A stretch of 64,000 bases of DNA, taken from Nemertoderma westbladi. Lineage: Eukaryota; Animalia; Xenacoelomorpha. The stretch's first letter is position 1, and each line of letters opens with the position of its first letter. Shown here piece by piece: positions 33,801 to 47,711 of the stretch. A model generated the notes under the pieces. The model had not been told where the DNA came from, searched no databases, and was given only the letters and a program-made list of their open reading frames with translations. The stretch spans positions 1 to 64,000 of the forward strand of contig JAUCBJ010004934.1 of the NCBI GenBank assembly GCA_032718475.1, given 5' to 3'. The translations under genes and the position numbers were made by a program.

Positions 33801-36800
33801 GAAACCTTTGGTTTGTCAATATCGTCATTAAGGACAGTTGGTACCACACCTATTATTGATTCAATATTGGTAACTGTGAAGGGAATTTCACCATCCACAA
33901 CAGTGTTGTCAACGATATCAATGTTAACTGCGGTTGGTTTAACAGCATTATCATCAGAAACCTTTGGTTTGGCAATATCGTCATTAAGGACAGTTGGTAC
34001 CACGCCTATTATTGGTTCAATATTGGTAACTGTGAAGGGAATTTCGCCATCTACAATAGTGCGGTCGACAATGTCAATGTCAACTACAGTTGGTATTGAA
34101 ACATCATCATCAGAAACCTTTGGTTCGGCAATATTTTCATCAAGAACAGTTGGCTCCACACCAATTATAGGTTCAATATTGGTAACAGTGAAGGGAATTT
34201 CACCATCTACAACCGTGTTGTCGACAATGTCAATGTCAACTGCGGTTGGTTTAACAACATTATCATCAGAAACCTTTGGTTTGGCAATATCTTCATTAAG
34301 GACAGTTGGCTCCACACCAATTATAGGTTCAAAATTGGTAACAGTGAAGGGAATTTCACCATCTACAACCGTGTTATCAACGATATCAATGTCAACTGCG
34401 GTTGGTTTAACAACATCATCATCTGAAACCTTTGGTTCGGCAATATCTTCATCAAGAACAGTTGGTTCCACACCAATTATAGGTACAATATTGGCAACAG
34501 TGAAGGGAATTTCGCCATCTACAATAATATGGTCGACAATATCAATGTCAACTACAGTTGGTATTGAAACATCCTCATCAGAAACCTTTGGTTTGGCAAT
34601 ATCTTCATCAAGAACAGTTGGTTCCACACCAATTATAGGTTCAATATTGGTAACTGTGAAGGGAATTTCGCCATCTACAATAGTGTGGTGGTCGACAATG
34701 TGAATGTCAACTACAGTTGGTATTGAAACATCATCATCACAAACCTTTGGTTCGGCAATATCTTCATCAAGAACAGTTGGCTCCACACCAATTATAGGTT
34801 CAATATTGGTAACAGTGACGGGAAATTCACCATCCACAACCGTGTTGTCGACGATATCAATGTCAACTGCGGTTGGCTTAACAAAATCATTATCAGAAAC
34901 CTTTGGTTTGTCAATATCGTCATTAAGGACAGTTGGTACCACGCCTATTATTGATTCAATATTGGTAACTGTGAAGGGAATTTCACCATCTACAACCGTG
35001 TTGTCGACAATGTCAATGTCAACTGCGGTTGGTTTAACAACATTATCATCAGAAACCTTTGGTTTGTCAATATCGTCATTAAGGACAGTTGGTACCACGC
35101 CTATTATTGGTTCAATATTGGTAACAGTGAAGGGAATTTCACCATCTACAACCGTGTTGTCGACAATGTCAATGTCAACTGCGGTTAGTTTAACAACATC
35201 ATCATCAGAAACCTTTGGTTTGGCAATATCGTCATGAAGGACAGTTGGTACCACGTCTATTATTGGTTCAATATTGGTAACAGAGAAGGGAATTTCACGA
35301 TCCACAACAGTGTTGTCAACGATATCAATGTCAACTGCGGTTGGTTTAACAACATCATCATCAGAAACCTTTGGTTTGGCAATATCTTCATCAAGAACAG
35401 TTGGCTCCACACCAATTATAGGATCAATATTGGTAACTGTGAAGGGAATTTCACCATCTACAATAGTGTGGTCGACAATATCAATGTCAACTACAGTTGG
35501 TATTGAAACATCCTCATTAGAAACCTTTGGTTCGGCAATATCTTCATCAAGAACAGTTGGTTCTACACCAATTATAGGTTCAATATTGGTAACAGAGAAG
35601 GGAATTTCACGATCCACAACAGTGTTGTCAACGATATCAATGTCAACTGTGGTTGGTTTAACAACATCCTCATCAGAAACCTTTGGTTTGGCAATATCGT
35701 CATTAAGGACAGTTGGTACCACGCCTATTATTGGTTCAATATTGGTAACAGTGAAGGGAATTTCACCATCTACAACCGTGTTGTCGACAATGTCAATGTC
35801 AACTGCGGTTAGTTTAACAACATCATCATCAGAAACCTTTGGTTTGGCAATATCGTCATGAAGGACAGTTGGTACCACGTCTATTATTGGTTCAATATTG
35901 GTAACAGAGAAGGGAATTTCACGATCCACAACAGTGTTGTCAACGATATCAATGTCAACTGCGGTTGGTTTAACAACATCATCATCAGAAACCTTTGGTT
36001 TGGCAATATCTTCATCAAGAACAGTTGGCTCCACACCAATTATAGGATCAATATTGGTAACAGTGACGGGAATTTCGCCATCTACAATAGTGTGGTCGAC
36101 AATATCAATGTCAACTACAGTTGGTATTGAAACATCCTCATTAGAAACCTTTGGTTCGGCAATATCTTCATCAAGAACAGTTGGTTCTACACCAATTATA
36201 GGTTCAATATTGGTAACAGTGAAGGGAACTTCACGATCCACAACAGTGTTGTCAACGATATCAATGTCAACTGCGGTTGGTTTAACAACATCATCATCAG
36301 AAACCTTTGGTTTGGCAATATCTTCATCAAGAACAGTTGGCTCCACACCAATTATAGGATCAATATTGGTAACAGTGAAGGGAATTTCACCATCTACAAT
36401 AGTGTGGTCGACAATATCAATGTCAACTACAGTTGGTATTGAAACATCCTCATCAGAAACCTTTGGTTTGGCAATATCTTCATCAAGAACAGTTGGTTCT
36501 ACACCAATTATAGGTTCAATATTGGTAACAGTGAAGGGAATTTCACCATCTACAATAGTGTGGTCGACAATATCAATGTCAACTACAGTTGGTATTGAAA
36601 CATCCTCATTAGAAACCTTTGGTTCGGCAATATCTTCATCAAGAACAGTTGGCTCCACACCAATTATAGGTTCAATATTGGTAACAGTGACGGGAAATTC
36701 ACCATCCACAACCGTGTTGTCGACGATATCAATGTCAACTGCGGTTGGCTTAACAAAATCATTATCAGAAACCTTTGGTTTGTCAATATCGTCATTAAGG

Positions 36801-39800
36801 ACAGTTGGTACCACGCCTATTATTGATTCAATATTGGTAACTGTGAAGGGAATTTCACCATCTACAACCGTGTTGTCGACAATGTCAATGTCAACTGCGG
36901 TTGGTTTAACAACATTATCATCAGAAACCTTTGGTTTGTCAATATCGTCATTAAGGACAGTTGGTACCACGCCTATTATTGGTTCAATATTGGTAACAGT
37001 GAAGGGAATTTCACCATCTACAACCGTGTTGTCGACAATGTCAATGTCAACTGCGGTTAGTTTAACAACATCATCATCAGAAACCTTTGGTTTGGCAATA
37101 TCGTCATGAAGGACAGTTGGTACCACGTCTATTATTGGTTCAATATTGGTAACAGAGAAGGGAATTTCACGATCCACAACAGTGTTGTCAACGATATCAA
37201 TGTCAACTGCGGTTGGTTTAACAACATCATCATCAGAAACCTTTGGTTTGGCAATATCTTCATCAAGAACAGTTGGCTCCACACCAATTATAGGATCAAT
37301 ATTGGTAACTGTGAAGGGAATTTCACCATCTACAATAGTGTGGTCGACAATATCAATGTCAACTACAGTTGGTATTGAAACATCCTCATTAGAAACCTTT
37401 GGTTCGGCAATATCTTCATCAAGAACAGTTGGTTCTACACCAATTATAGGTTCAATATTGGTAACAGAGAAGGGAATTTCACGATCCACAACAGTGTTGT
37501 CAACGATATCAATGTCAACTGTGGTTGGTTTAACAACATCCTCATCAGAAACCTTTGGTTTGGCAATATCGTCATTAAGGACAGTTGGTACCACGCCTAT
37601 TATTGGTTCAATATTGGTAACAGTGAAGGGAATTTCACCATCTACAACCGTGTTGTCGACAATGTCAATGTCAACTGCGGTTAGTTTAACAACATCATCA
37701 TCAGAAACCTTTGGTTTGGCAATATCGTCATGAAGGACAGTTGGTACCACGTCTATTATTGGTTCAATATTGGTAACAGAGAAGGGAATTTCACGATCCA
37801 CAACAGTGTTGTCAACGATATCAATGTCAACTGCGGTTGGTTTAACAACATCATCATCAGAAACCTTTGGTTTGGCAATATCTTCATCAAGAACAGTTGG
37901 CTCCACACCAATTATAGGATCAATATTGGTAACAGTGACGGGAATTTCGCCATCTACAATAGTGTGGTCGACAATATCAATGTCAACTACAGTTGGTATT
38001 GAAACATCCTCATTAGAAACCTTTGGTTCGGCAATATCTTCATCAAGAACAGTTGGTTCTACACCAATTATAGGTTCAATATTGGTAACAGTGAAGGGAA
38101 CTTCACGATCCACAACAGTGTTGTCAACGATATCAATGTCAACTGCGGTTGGTTTAACAACATCATCATCAGAAACCTTTGGTTTGGCAATATCTTCATC
38201 AAGAACAGTTGGCTCCACACCAATTATAGGATCAATATTGGTAACAGTGAAGGGAATTTCACCATCTACAATAGTGTGGTCGACAATATCAATGTCAACT
38301 ACAGTTGGTATTGAAACATCCTCATCAGAAACCTTTGGTTTGGCAATATCTTCATCAAGAACAGTTGGTTCTACACCAATTATAGGTTCAATATTGGTAA
38401 CAGTGAAGGGAATTTCACCATCTACAATAGTGTGGTCGACAATATCAATGTCAACTACAGTTGGTATTGAAACATCCTCATTAGAAACCTTTGGTTCGGC
38501 AATATCTTCATCAAGAACAGTTGGTTCCACACCAATTATAGGATCAATATTGGTAACAGTGAAGGGAATTTCGCCATCTACAATAGTGTGGTCGTCAATG
38601 TCAATGTCAACTACAGTTGGTATTGAAACACCCTCATCAGAAACCTTTGGTTCGGCAATATCTTCATCAAGAACAGTTGGTTCCACACCAATTATAGGAT
38701 CAATATTGGTAACAGTGAAGGGAATTTCGCCATCTACAATAGTGTGGTCGTCAATATCAATGTCAACTACAGTTGGTATTGAAACATCCTCATCAGAAAC
38801 CTTTGGTTCGGCAATATCTTCATCAAGAACAGTTGGCTCCATACCAATTATAGGTTCAATATTGGTAACAGTGAAGGGAATTTCACCATCTACAACCGTG
38901 TTGTCGACGATATCAACTGTGGTTGGTTTAACAACATCCTCATCAGAAACCTTTGGTTCGGCAATATCGTCATTAAGGACAGTTGGTACCACGCCTATTA
39001 TTGGTTCAATTTTGGTAACAGTGAAGGGAATTTCACGATCCACAACAGTGTTGTCGACAATGTCAATGTCAACTATAGTTGGTATTGAAACATCCTCATC
39101 AGAAACCTTTGGTTCGGCAATATCGTCATTAAGGACAGTTGGTACCACACCTATTATTGATTCAATATTGGTAACTGTGAAGGGAATTTCACGATCCACA
39201 ACAGTGTTGTCGACGATATCAACGTCAACTGCGGTTGGTTTAACAACATCATCATCAGAAACCTTTGGTTCGGCAATATCGTCATTAAGGACAGTTGGTA
39301 CCACGCCTATTATTGGTTCAATATTGGTAACTGTGAAGGGAATTTCACGATCCACAACAGTGTTGCCGACGATATCAACGTCAACTGCGGTTGGTTTAAC
39401 AACATCATCATCAGAAACCTTTGGTTTGGCAATATCGTCATTAAGGACAGTTGGTACCACACCTATTATTGATTCAATATTGGTAACTGTGAAGGGAATT
39501 TCACGATCCACAACAGTGTTGTCGACGATATCAACGTCAACTGCGGTTGGTTTAACAACATCCTCATCAGAAACCTTCGGTTCGGCAATATCGTCATTAA
39601 GGACAGTTGGTACCACGCCTATTATTGGTTCAATTTTGGTAACAGTGAAGGGAATTTCACGATCCACAATAGTGGGGTCGTCAATGTCAATGTCAACTAC
39701 AGTTGGTATTGAAACATCCTCATCAGAAACCTTTGGTTCGGCAATATCTTCATCAAGAACAGTTGGCTCCATACCAATTATAGGTTCAATATTGGTAACA

Positions 39801-42800
39801 GTGAAGGGAATTTCACCATCTACAACCGTGTTGTCGACGATATCAACTGTAGTTGGTTTAACAACATCCTCATCAGAAACCTTTGGTTCGGCAATATCGT
39901 CATTAAGGACAGTTGGTACCACGCCTATTATTGGTTCAATTTTGGTAACAGTTAAGGGAATTTCACGATCCACAACAGTGTTGTCGACAATGTCAATGTT
40001 AACTACAGTTGGTATTGAAACATCCTTATCAGAAACCTTTGGTTCGGCAATATCGTCATTTAGGACAGTTGGTACCACACCTATTATTGATTCAATATTG
40101 GTAACTGTGAAGGGAATTTCACGATCCACAACAGTGTTGTCGACGATATCAACGTCAACTGCGGTTGGTTTAACAACATCATCATCAGAAACCTTTGGTT
40201 CGGCAATATCGTCATTAAGGACAGTTGGTACCACGCCTATTATTGGTTCAATATTGGTAACTGTGAAGGGAATTTCACGATCCACAACAGTGTTGCCGAC
40301 GATATCAACGTCAACTGCGGTTGGTTTAACAACATCATCATCAGAAACCTTTGGTTTGGCAATATCGTCATTAAGGACAGTTGGTACCACACATATTATT
40401 GATTCAATATTGGTAACTGTGAAGGGAATTTCACGATCCACAACAGTGTTGTCGACGATATCAACGTCAACTGCGGTTGGTTTAACAACGTCATCATCAG
40501 AAACCTTTGGTTCGGCAATATCTTCATCAAGAACAGTTGGCTCCACACCAATTATAGGTTCAATATTGGTAACAGTGAAGGGAATTTCACGATCCACAAC
40601 AGTGTTGTCAACAATGTCAATGTCAACTACAGTTGGTATTGAAACATCCTCATGAGAAACCTTTGGTTCGGCAATATCGTCATTAAGGACAGTTGGTACC
40701 ACACCTATTATTGATTCAATATTGGTAACTGTTAAGGGAATTTCACGATCCACAACAGTGTTTTCGACGATATCAACGTCAACTGCGGTTGGTTTAACAA
40801 CATCATCATCAGAAACCTTTGGTTCGGCAATATCGTCATTAAGGACAGTTGGTACCACGCCTATTATTGGTTCAATATTGGTAACTGTGAAGGGAATTTC
40901 ACGATCCACAACAGTGTTGCCGACGATATCAACGTCAACTACAGTTGGTATTGAAACATCCTCATCAGAAACCTTTGGTTCGGCAATAACTTCATCAAGA
41001 ACAGTTGGCTCCACACCAATTATAGGTTCAATATTGGTAACAGTGAAGGGAATTTCACCATCTACAACCGTGTTGTCGACGATATCAACTGTGGTTGGTT
41101 TAACAACATCCTCATCAGAAACCTTTGGTTCGGCAATATCTTCATCAAAAACAGTTGGTTCCACACCAATTATAGGTTCAATATTGGTAACTGTGAAGGG
41201 AATTTCACCATCTACAATAGTGTGGTCGACAATGTCAATGTCAACTACAGTTGGTATTGAAACATCCTCATCAGAAACCTTTGGTTTGGCAATATCTTCA
41301 TCAAGAACAGTTGGCTCCACACCAATTATAGGTTCAATATTGGTAACAGTGAAGGGAATTTCACCATCTACAACCGTGTTGTCGACGATATCAACTGTGG
41401 TTGGTTTAACAACATCCTCATCAGAAACCTTTGGTTTGGCAATATCTTCATCAAAAACAGTTGGTTCCACACCAATTATAGGTTCAATATTGGTAACTGT
41501 GACGGGAATTTCACGATCCACAACAGTGTTGTCGAAGATATCAATGTCAACTACAGTTGGTATTGAATCATCATCAGAACCAGGAGGTTCTAAAACATCC
41601 TTCTTAACGATGCTTGGTTTACTAACATATGTGCCAAGGTCAGTTGTTTCTAATACTTCCTCATTCGCAACAGGTGGTTGCATATTAGTTATGACTGTTG
41701 TCTTTGGGGAGCGATCAACATTAACTATGTCAACTATGGTTTCTACTTCAACATCTTTATTACCAACAGTTAGTTCAGCAGAATCTATATTCAAAGGAGA
41801 GGGTTTTCTGAGATATATTTCAGTCGGTTCAACATTATCTGTATGAAGATCTGTTGTTTCTGAAACAATCTCATCAGAATCATTAAGACCCACAATAATA
41901 TTGTCAACAACAATTGGTCCATCAATATGTGTATCAACATCAAGAAATGCGGGCTCACCACCAATAATTGGTTCGTGGCTGAAACTACTAGTAACTTTAA
42001 CATCTCGCCCTGGAATTTTATTTGAAACAGATTCTATAACGGCTTTATCAACAACAGTATGTTCTGAAATATTCTTATCGGCACTTGACTGAAAAGTAGA
42101 CAAAGACGAAACCACAGATTCCCTCCACGTTGAGTCCCCAGTCGTAGAAGTAGCAGATAGATCAATACTAATCGACTGTTTATATGAGATAGAAGGACTT
42201 CTTTTGGCGAATACAAGGTATATTTGGTCAGCATATTGCTCAGTTGTAGCCTCAACAGGAACCGACGTTTCTGTTACACACCTTGAATCATTCAGAACTG
42301 GATCTTGTTCAGCTTTAGAGTCTCTTATATTTAAAGTTTCTAGCAATTCCTCTGTTACGCTTGCATTCCTAATCACCCGAGTTGACTTACTAACAATTGT
42401 TGGTAAGGGTGAACCATCTTCGGCCACTGGCACACTAAACGATTCACTGAATGACCTCTGTTTCCTTAGTGATTGTCTGTCAGTTCTCGAAATTGGCAAC
42501 TCGACTGTGGTGTCGAATGAACCACTGGCAGTATCATGGGAATCCTGCTTATTATACTTCAACTTTCTCTCTTTTCGAGGAAATATTTCCTTCTCTTTGC
42601 TGGCCATGCCACCAACTTTTGTTAAAACTACTTTCTCAACTAGGAAAGGATTACCTTTAGGATCACTAGGTTTATCACAAACAATTGCTCCACTTACACT
42701 ATCTATGGATTCACCTTGGGTTGGTGGAACAATGATATGTTCTTTAACTTCAGAGTTTTTACGGTTTCCCATACCAGAGTGACTTGTATCATTAAATCCA

Positions 42801-45100
42801 CCAACTAACATTCCAGTATTTTCCACAGACTTCACTGTTTGATTTGTTTTCTTATTCTTCTTTTTGCGATTTCGTTTTGCTCGTAAGGAATCTAAACTCT
42901 TCACAAGCGATTTTGAACTCATAGAAACTACTGAAGGGTCTTCCGAGACAGTTGAATTACCTGTTAAAACTTCTTTTGTCGTATCTGCGCCCTTGCTAGA
43001 CCTGGCGTCATCACTGTTTATAATATCAACATGAATGCCAGCCATATCATCTTCTTTAGGAATATTATCGGCCAGAGTAGCTTCAACACTATCAAGAACA
43101 ACACAAGAAACCTTGGCAATTTCTGTATGTTCTAAGGGTGCACTAGGAAGATTAATTAGTCTATCACTGCAAATACGAGAACTTGGTTCTGAATTAATCA
43201 TCGCCGCCCCAACACCCCTGTGAACCACTCTGGTAACATTCACTTTGTCTTCCAAACCAGCACTCCCTTCAACCAAATTACAAGCATTATCGACAACAAC
43301 GGGATCTGTGATCATTTCGTGCTGTTCTGATGGCTCCCTAAAAGCAGGTATCGAACCCCGCTGTAACGAATCACTAACAAACATATCCTTATTATCAACC
43401 ATCTTCGTCGAAACTTTATTGGCGATAATTTTATCATAAAACTGAGAACCTGATGAAGTTTCGTTTTCAGCACCAATAATACAAGTATCTGTAATTACAG
43501 GTTTCACTTGAGGTAAGTTAGGTGTATCAATTTGTTGAGCAGTAGTGGTCTGTCCCGGTATATTACTTGTTCCAGGCAACGATATAGCACGTTGGCTTAG
43601 GAGTATTTTCTGCTCACAATTATCTTTAATCTGCAGCCCATAACCACGGTGTTGTACTCTACTACTATTGGCTGTGTGTAATGTTGTTGTTTTTAATTGA
43701 GTTGAAACGGCATTATCTCTAGGTGGACATTGGACATCTAACTGATAACATTCTGTATCACTGGTATTATTAGCCTTGGAATTCAATTTATTATTAGTTT
43801 TACTTTGTATTACGACCTGCGTTGCTCCACTGGGCAGCTGCCTAGTTTCTGTCTTCCATTGCACCAACGACCTGTTTGAGGTAGAAGAAGATGAAAATGA
43901 TGATTGTGACGATGTGTGACCAAACGTACTGTGATGAAATTTACCTGTTGTAGTCTTTAGAGACGCATTGCAATTAGGTTCTGACAAACCAGTGATTGTC
44001 ACAGTTTTGTTGTTAGTTTTATTAGAAATCCAACCACCACCTTCGATTGTATCTCGTCTTGGTTGTTGTACAATCGCGGATGGATATTCGATACCGACTT
44101 TAGATGCACCAGAATCGCCGGCACCTGAACCTTCCACTCTCATAAGTGTAGAAGTCCCAACAAATTTTTTCTCGGTTTTAGATGTTACCGATGAGACTTG
44201 CGACTGGGATTTCATAGATGTGGAAGAAGATGCGCCACTTGAATGCTGTTTAAAAACTTGCGTCCCAGAATAATTAAAAGCAACATTGCTATCTTTGATA
44301 TAAGAACGATCACCGTTGTTAATGGCAATGCATTTTGATTGGACAGCAGATAACTGGCTACTCGATGAAGACGATTTGAAGGCTTCTTCGTGGATAACAT
44401 TCTGATTGGACGAGGCCGATAAATGAGTTGATTCTGATTGCTTCAAGGAACTACCATCGTCGTATTTAATATTTAGCTTTTGTAAACTATCGGCGTCCAG
44501 GGATTCACCTTGCTTTATGCTCAGTCTCCTTGACGCAGTATCTTCGGACTCGCGACCATCTGGAATCACGTCGAAAAGTGTCGGGTAGTTAATAACCCCG
44601 GCGTGTAGCGGACGTCTATTAGTCGGTTCGGTTCGGCTGCGAGGTCGCGATGAGGAGGCTTGGGTCCCCGCCTGACTCGACACATTGAATCGGAGTTTAC
44701 TGACGTTCATCTGTTCGGTTTTTACCCGTCGCACGTTGAGTGTCTCCGTCGTCTCGACGTGTTTCCCGTCCGCGGATAGCCGCTCCGTGGTCTCCACGGC
44801 AACCGTTGTCCCGTCGGCCGGGGCGACGCGAGACGAGTTGCCCGGCGTCGTCCATCGGGGTTCCGATCGAAGAGAGAAATCGGTGTTCGCGATTAATCTG
44901 GGTATGGGATCCTCGGGAGCATGAGAACTACCGACGGAACGGTAAGTACCATCGCTACTCTCAGCTTCTTTCCGCTCACCGGTAGATTCGGTTACTTTCA
45001 GTTTGGAAACTTTGGATTTAGAAACCGATTGAGAGGATTTTGTTACCGAAGAAACAGTTACCAAAGGTTTAACGTTCGTTTTTTTCCCGGCATTCGACAT
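27845..45100 (-). CDS. SYNE1: Nesprin-1-like giant coding exon (5,752 codons): S/T-rich low-complexity N-terminus, ~65 x 52-aa acidic repeats, acidic linker, then spectrin repeats
   Basis: Uninterrupted ORF 27803..45100. ATG has an in-frame TAA 12 nt upstream. Donor AAG|GTTGGT after 27845 joins in phase 0 to the next exon. The C-terminal ~500 aa are helical spectrin-like repeats (AKQAALYAALEQQLAYQ, ERWETLK, YQDALQSASSWLDNLE) that resemble recalled human nesprin-1 sequence. Confidence 0.85.
31360..41580 (-). repeat. Coding tandem repeat, 156 bp / 52 aa, ~65 copies
   Basis: Consensus IPTVVDIDIVDNTVVDREIPFTVTNIEPIIGVEPTVLDEDIAEPKVSDEDVS; length variants are only -6 and +3 bp. Confidence 0.97.
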
Positions 45101-45776
45101 TATAATAATTTACTTAAACAAAATTCAATTAAAATTAACTTAAATAAAATTATCACTCGTAATCATTAATAGTTTTTAAAAATTACAAAAATTACTGCCA
45201 AAACGTCATCATTGATAAAAAAAAAACATTTAAAATACTTCTAACTGGTACCCCGGATACAATGATCGGCGGATGTATCCCCGGTAGGATAACGGCTGGG
45301 GGATGCGTAGCTTGCGAACTGGGTAGATTGTGTTGTGACGCATACGGAGCTGTAAACGATATATTGGGAAAGGAAACTCGTTGTATTTATGGGTGTAGTT
45401 GGGTGAGTCGATCGAGACGTTCTGTCGTCCAACTAACATCGGGAACGACCGGAAACGGGAAACCTGCGAGGAAGATAATTTAGGGAGTTAAGAGAGAATT
45501 GAGGGGTACCGGTACCGTACATTTATTTATTTATTACACAATTCATATTAAAATTAATAGGGAGAAAAATCACCCAGGGTCCCTTCCGAGAACACTAATG
45601 GATAACTAAAGAACATAATTATCATAGAAATAAAAACAAGATATCATGGCCTGGATGTGAAGGGATATATTATAACCGGTACTTGATTTGTTTCATTTTT
45701 AAGGGAAATACTAGATTTTTCAGAGTGTTCTATTTTCATGATGGTTGGTTCACTAACTGTACACCATAAACAACAA

Positions 45777-46564
45777 CCCCCCCCCCCCCCCCCTAATTTT
45801 TTTCCAATTTCAATAAAATGCTACAAAATTTGGTATGATGATAGATCGACACCTTTTCTTACTGGTGGCCTGGCCGGATTTTTCAATTTATCAGTTATTT
45901 CCAAACAACAAGCCCTTAAAAAATGCATATTTAGCAATGTTTAACCACCTCCGTAGACTTTATTCTTCGTCTTTGAATGTAATCTGGATATCATTACAAC
46001 CACTATCATCTGCAGATTCCAAATCAGAAAACCGTTTTAAATTTAACCAAAAAGTGGCAAAGATATTATCAAAATACTAATGTGCAAATTTTGAGACGTA
46101 AATCTCTATAATTCTGATGTTTTGTTGTCTTTATTCTAGAATATTAATTATTATTTAGCTGAGCGTTTAAAATTCTACATATTGTTTCTTCATTATGCGT
46201 AATTAATATTCTAGAATTGATTAAAAAAAACGTTAGAATTATATAAATTTACGTGTCAAAATGTATATATACCTTTGAATTTTGATAATATCTTCGCGGA
46301 AGTTATAGGTGAAATTTAAAACGGATTTCATATTCTGAATCTGCAGATGAAGGCGGTTCTAATGATATCTAGATCTCATTCCGAAGGCAAAAAAAAAAGC
46401 GGATAGAGGTGGCTAAATATTGGGAAATAGACCATTTCTAACGGCTTGTTGTATCGAAATTATTCATAAAAATTGAAAAATCCGGCCATGCCAGCAGTAA
46501 GAAACATTTTCGAACTATCAAATATGATTGAAATTTGAAAAAAAATTAGGGGGGGGGGGGGGGG
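45777..46564. mobile_element. ~790-bp imperfect palindrome (foldback/MITE-like) bounded by poly-C and poly-G
   Basis: Arms of ~370 bp pair along their length (e.g. GGCCGGATTTTTCAATTT / AAATTGAAAAATCCGGCC; TCATCTGCAGATTC / GAATCTGCAGATGA; TCTAGAATATTAATTA / TAATTAATATTCTAGA) around a ~50-bp loop. Confidence 0.75.
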
Positions 46565-47503
46565 CTCGGCTCCGACCCCCTAAAAATGGTTGTTGAATTA
46601 AGGGTTAGAGGGTGTAATGTAATGTAATGTAACTCCTGGGCGACCTATACCAACACACCATTTGTACCACTACACACACAGACGTGTTTCGAATTCGAAC
46701 CAAAATTCCAGATTCAGTTTCGCGCTTGTGATGATAAAGCGGCAAAATAGCGTGACGAAGCGTGACATAGGCGCATACACAAGGGTGGGTTCTTAATGCT
46801 ATATTGGTTTGTTCTTTTGGAATAGGGTCTGTTGGTCAGACCCAAACAGAAATAGGTTTTCTGTAAATATGATACGTCAAGGAAAATTGCGGAAAAGCAA
46901 ATTTTACTTACAGTATATTTTGCTAGTTTTGTTGCACTAAGAAAAAATCGCTGTAATTTCAAAAAGTAAAATATGCTGTGAAAATCAGATGAAACTGAAT
47001 TTAAAAGAAGCTGTTAATTTTACGGGTATTGTTACTGAGTTTATAGCCTCGGAAAATAGTGTCGAATTTAAGGGACACCCCTTAATTTAACTACAAATAT
47101 TAAAATGAGTGGATGAAATTTGAAACAGAGATAGTTTGACCTCATGAGCCAGAATTTATATTTTTACTTTCATTCTTTAGCTACAAGCGTTTGAAAAAAG
47201 TGTCTACATGAATATTGGACCAGTTACACCGCAGTTATTCTTCAACCTTATTATAGTGGTTTGTTGGTACAGTTAGAAAGTTGGCCGTGATACAATCTGA
47301 ATTTCGCTGAAGAATATAGCTGAGATATGGGCATAAAAAAATTTGGGGTAAAAAAATTTGGGCATAAAAATTATGTCACAGAAGTAGGACACTATATTAC
47401 GGGGCATGGCGTAGTGATTTATCAATGAGATAAACTGGTTTGCGTTGCAGTCTGTTTATTTGAGTCACGAAAAATTAGGAAAACGGAAATTTTAGGGGAA
47501 ATT

Positions 47504-47711
47504 TCGGAACCCCATCTCTAGGCGCACACTCGGAACCCCATCTCTAGGCGCACACTCGGAACCCCATCTCTAGGCGCACACTCGGAACCCCATCTCTAGG
47601 CGCACACTCGGAACCCCATCTCTAGGCGCACACTCGGAACCCCATCTCTAGGCGCACACTCGGAACCCCATCTCTAGGCGCACACTCGGAACCCCATCTC
47701 TAGGCGCGCAC
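47504..47711. repeat. 26-bp tandem repeat (TCGGAACCCCATCTCTAGGCGCACAC) x8
   Basis: Near-perfect copies, directly visible. Confidence 0.95.

Noticed and set aside
31245-41846. Long + strand Ser/Thr-rich mucin-like ORFs (up to 961 aa)
   Set aside because: Antisense shadows of the coding repeat. They are broken by stops, while the minus frame is intact and splices to spectrin exons.
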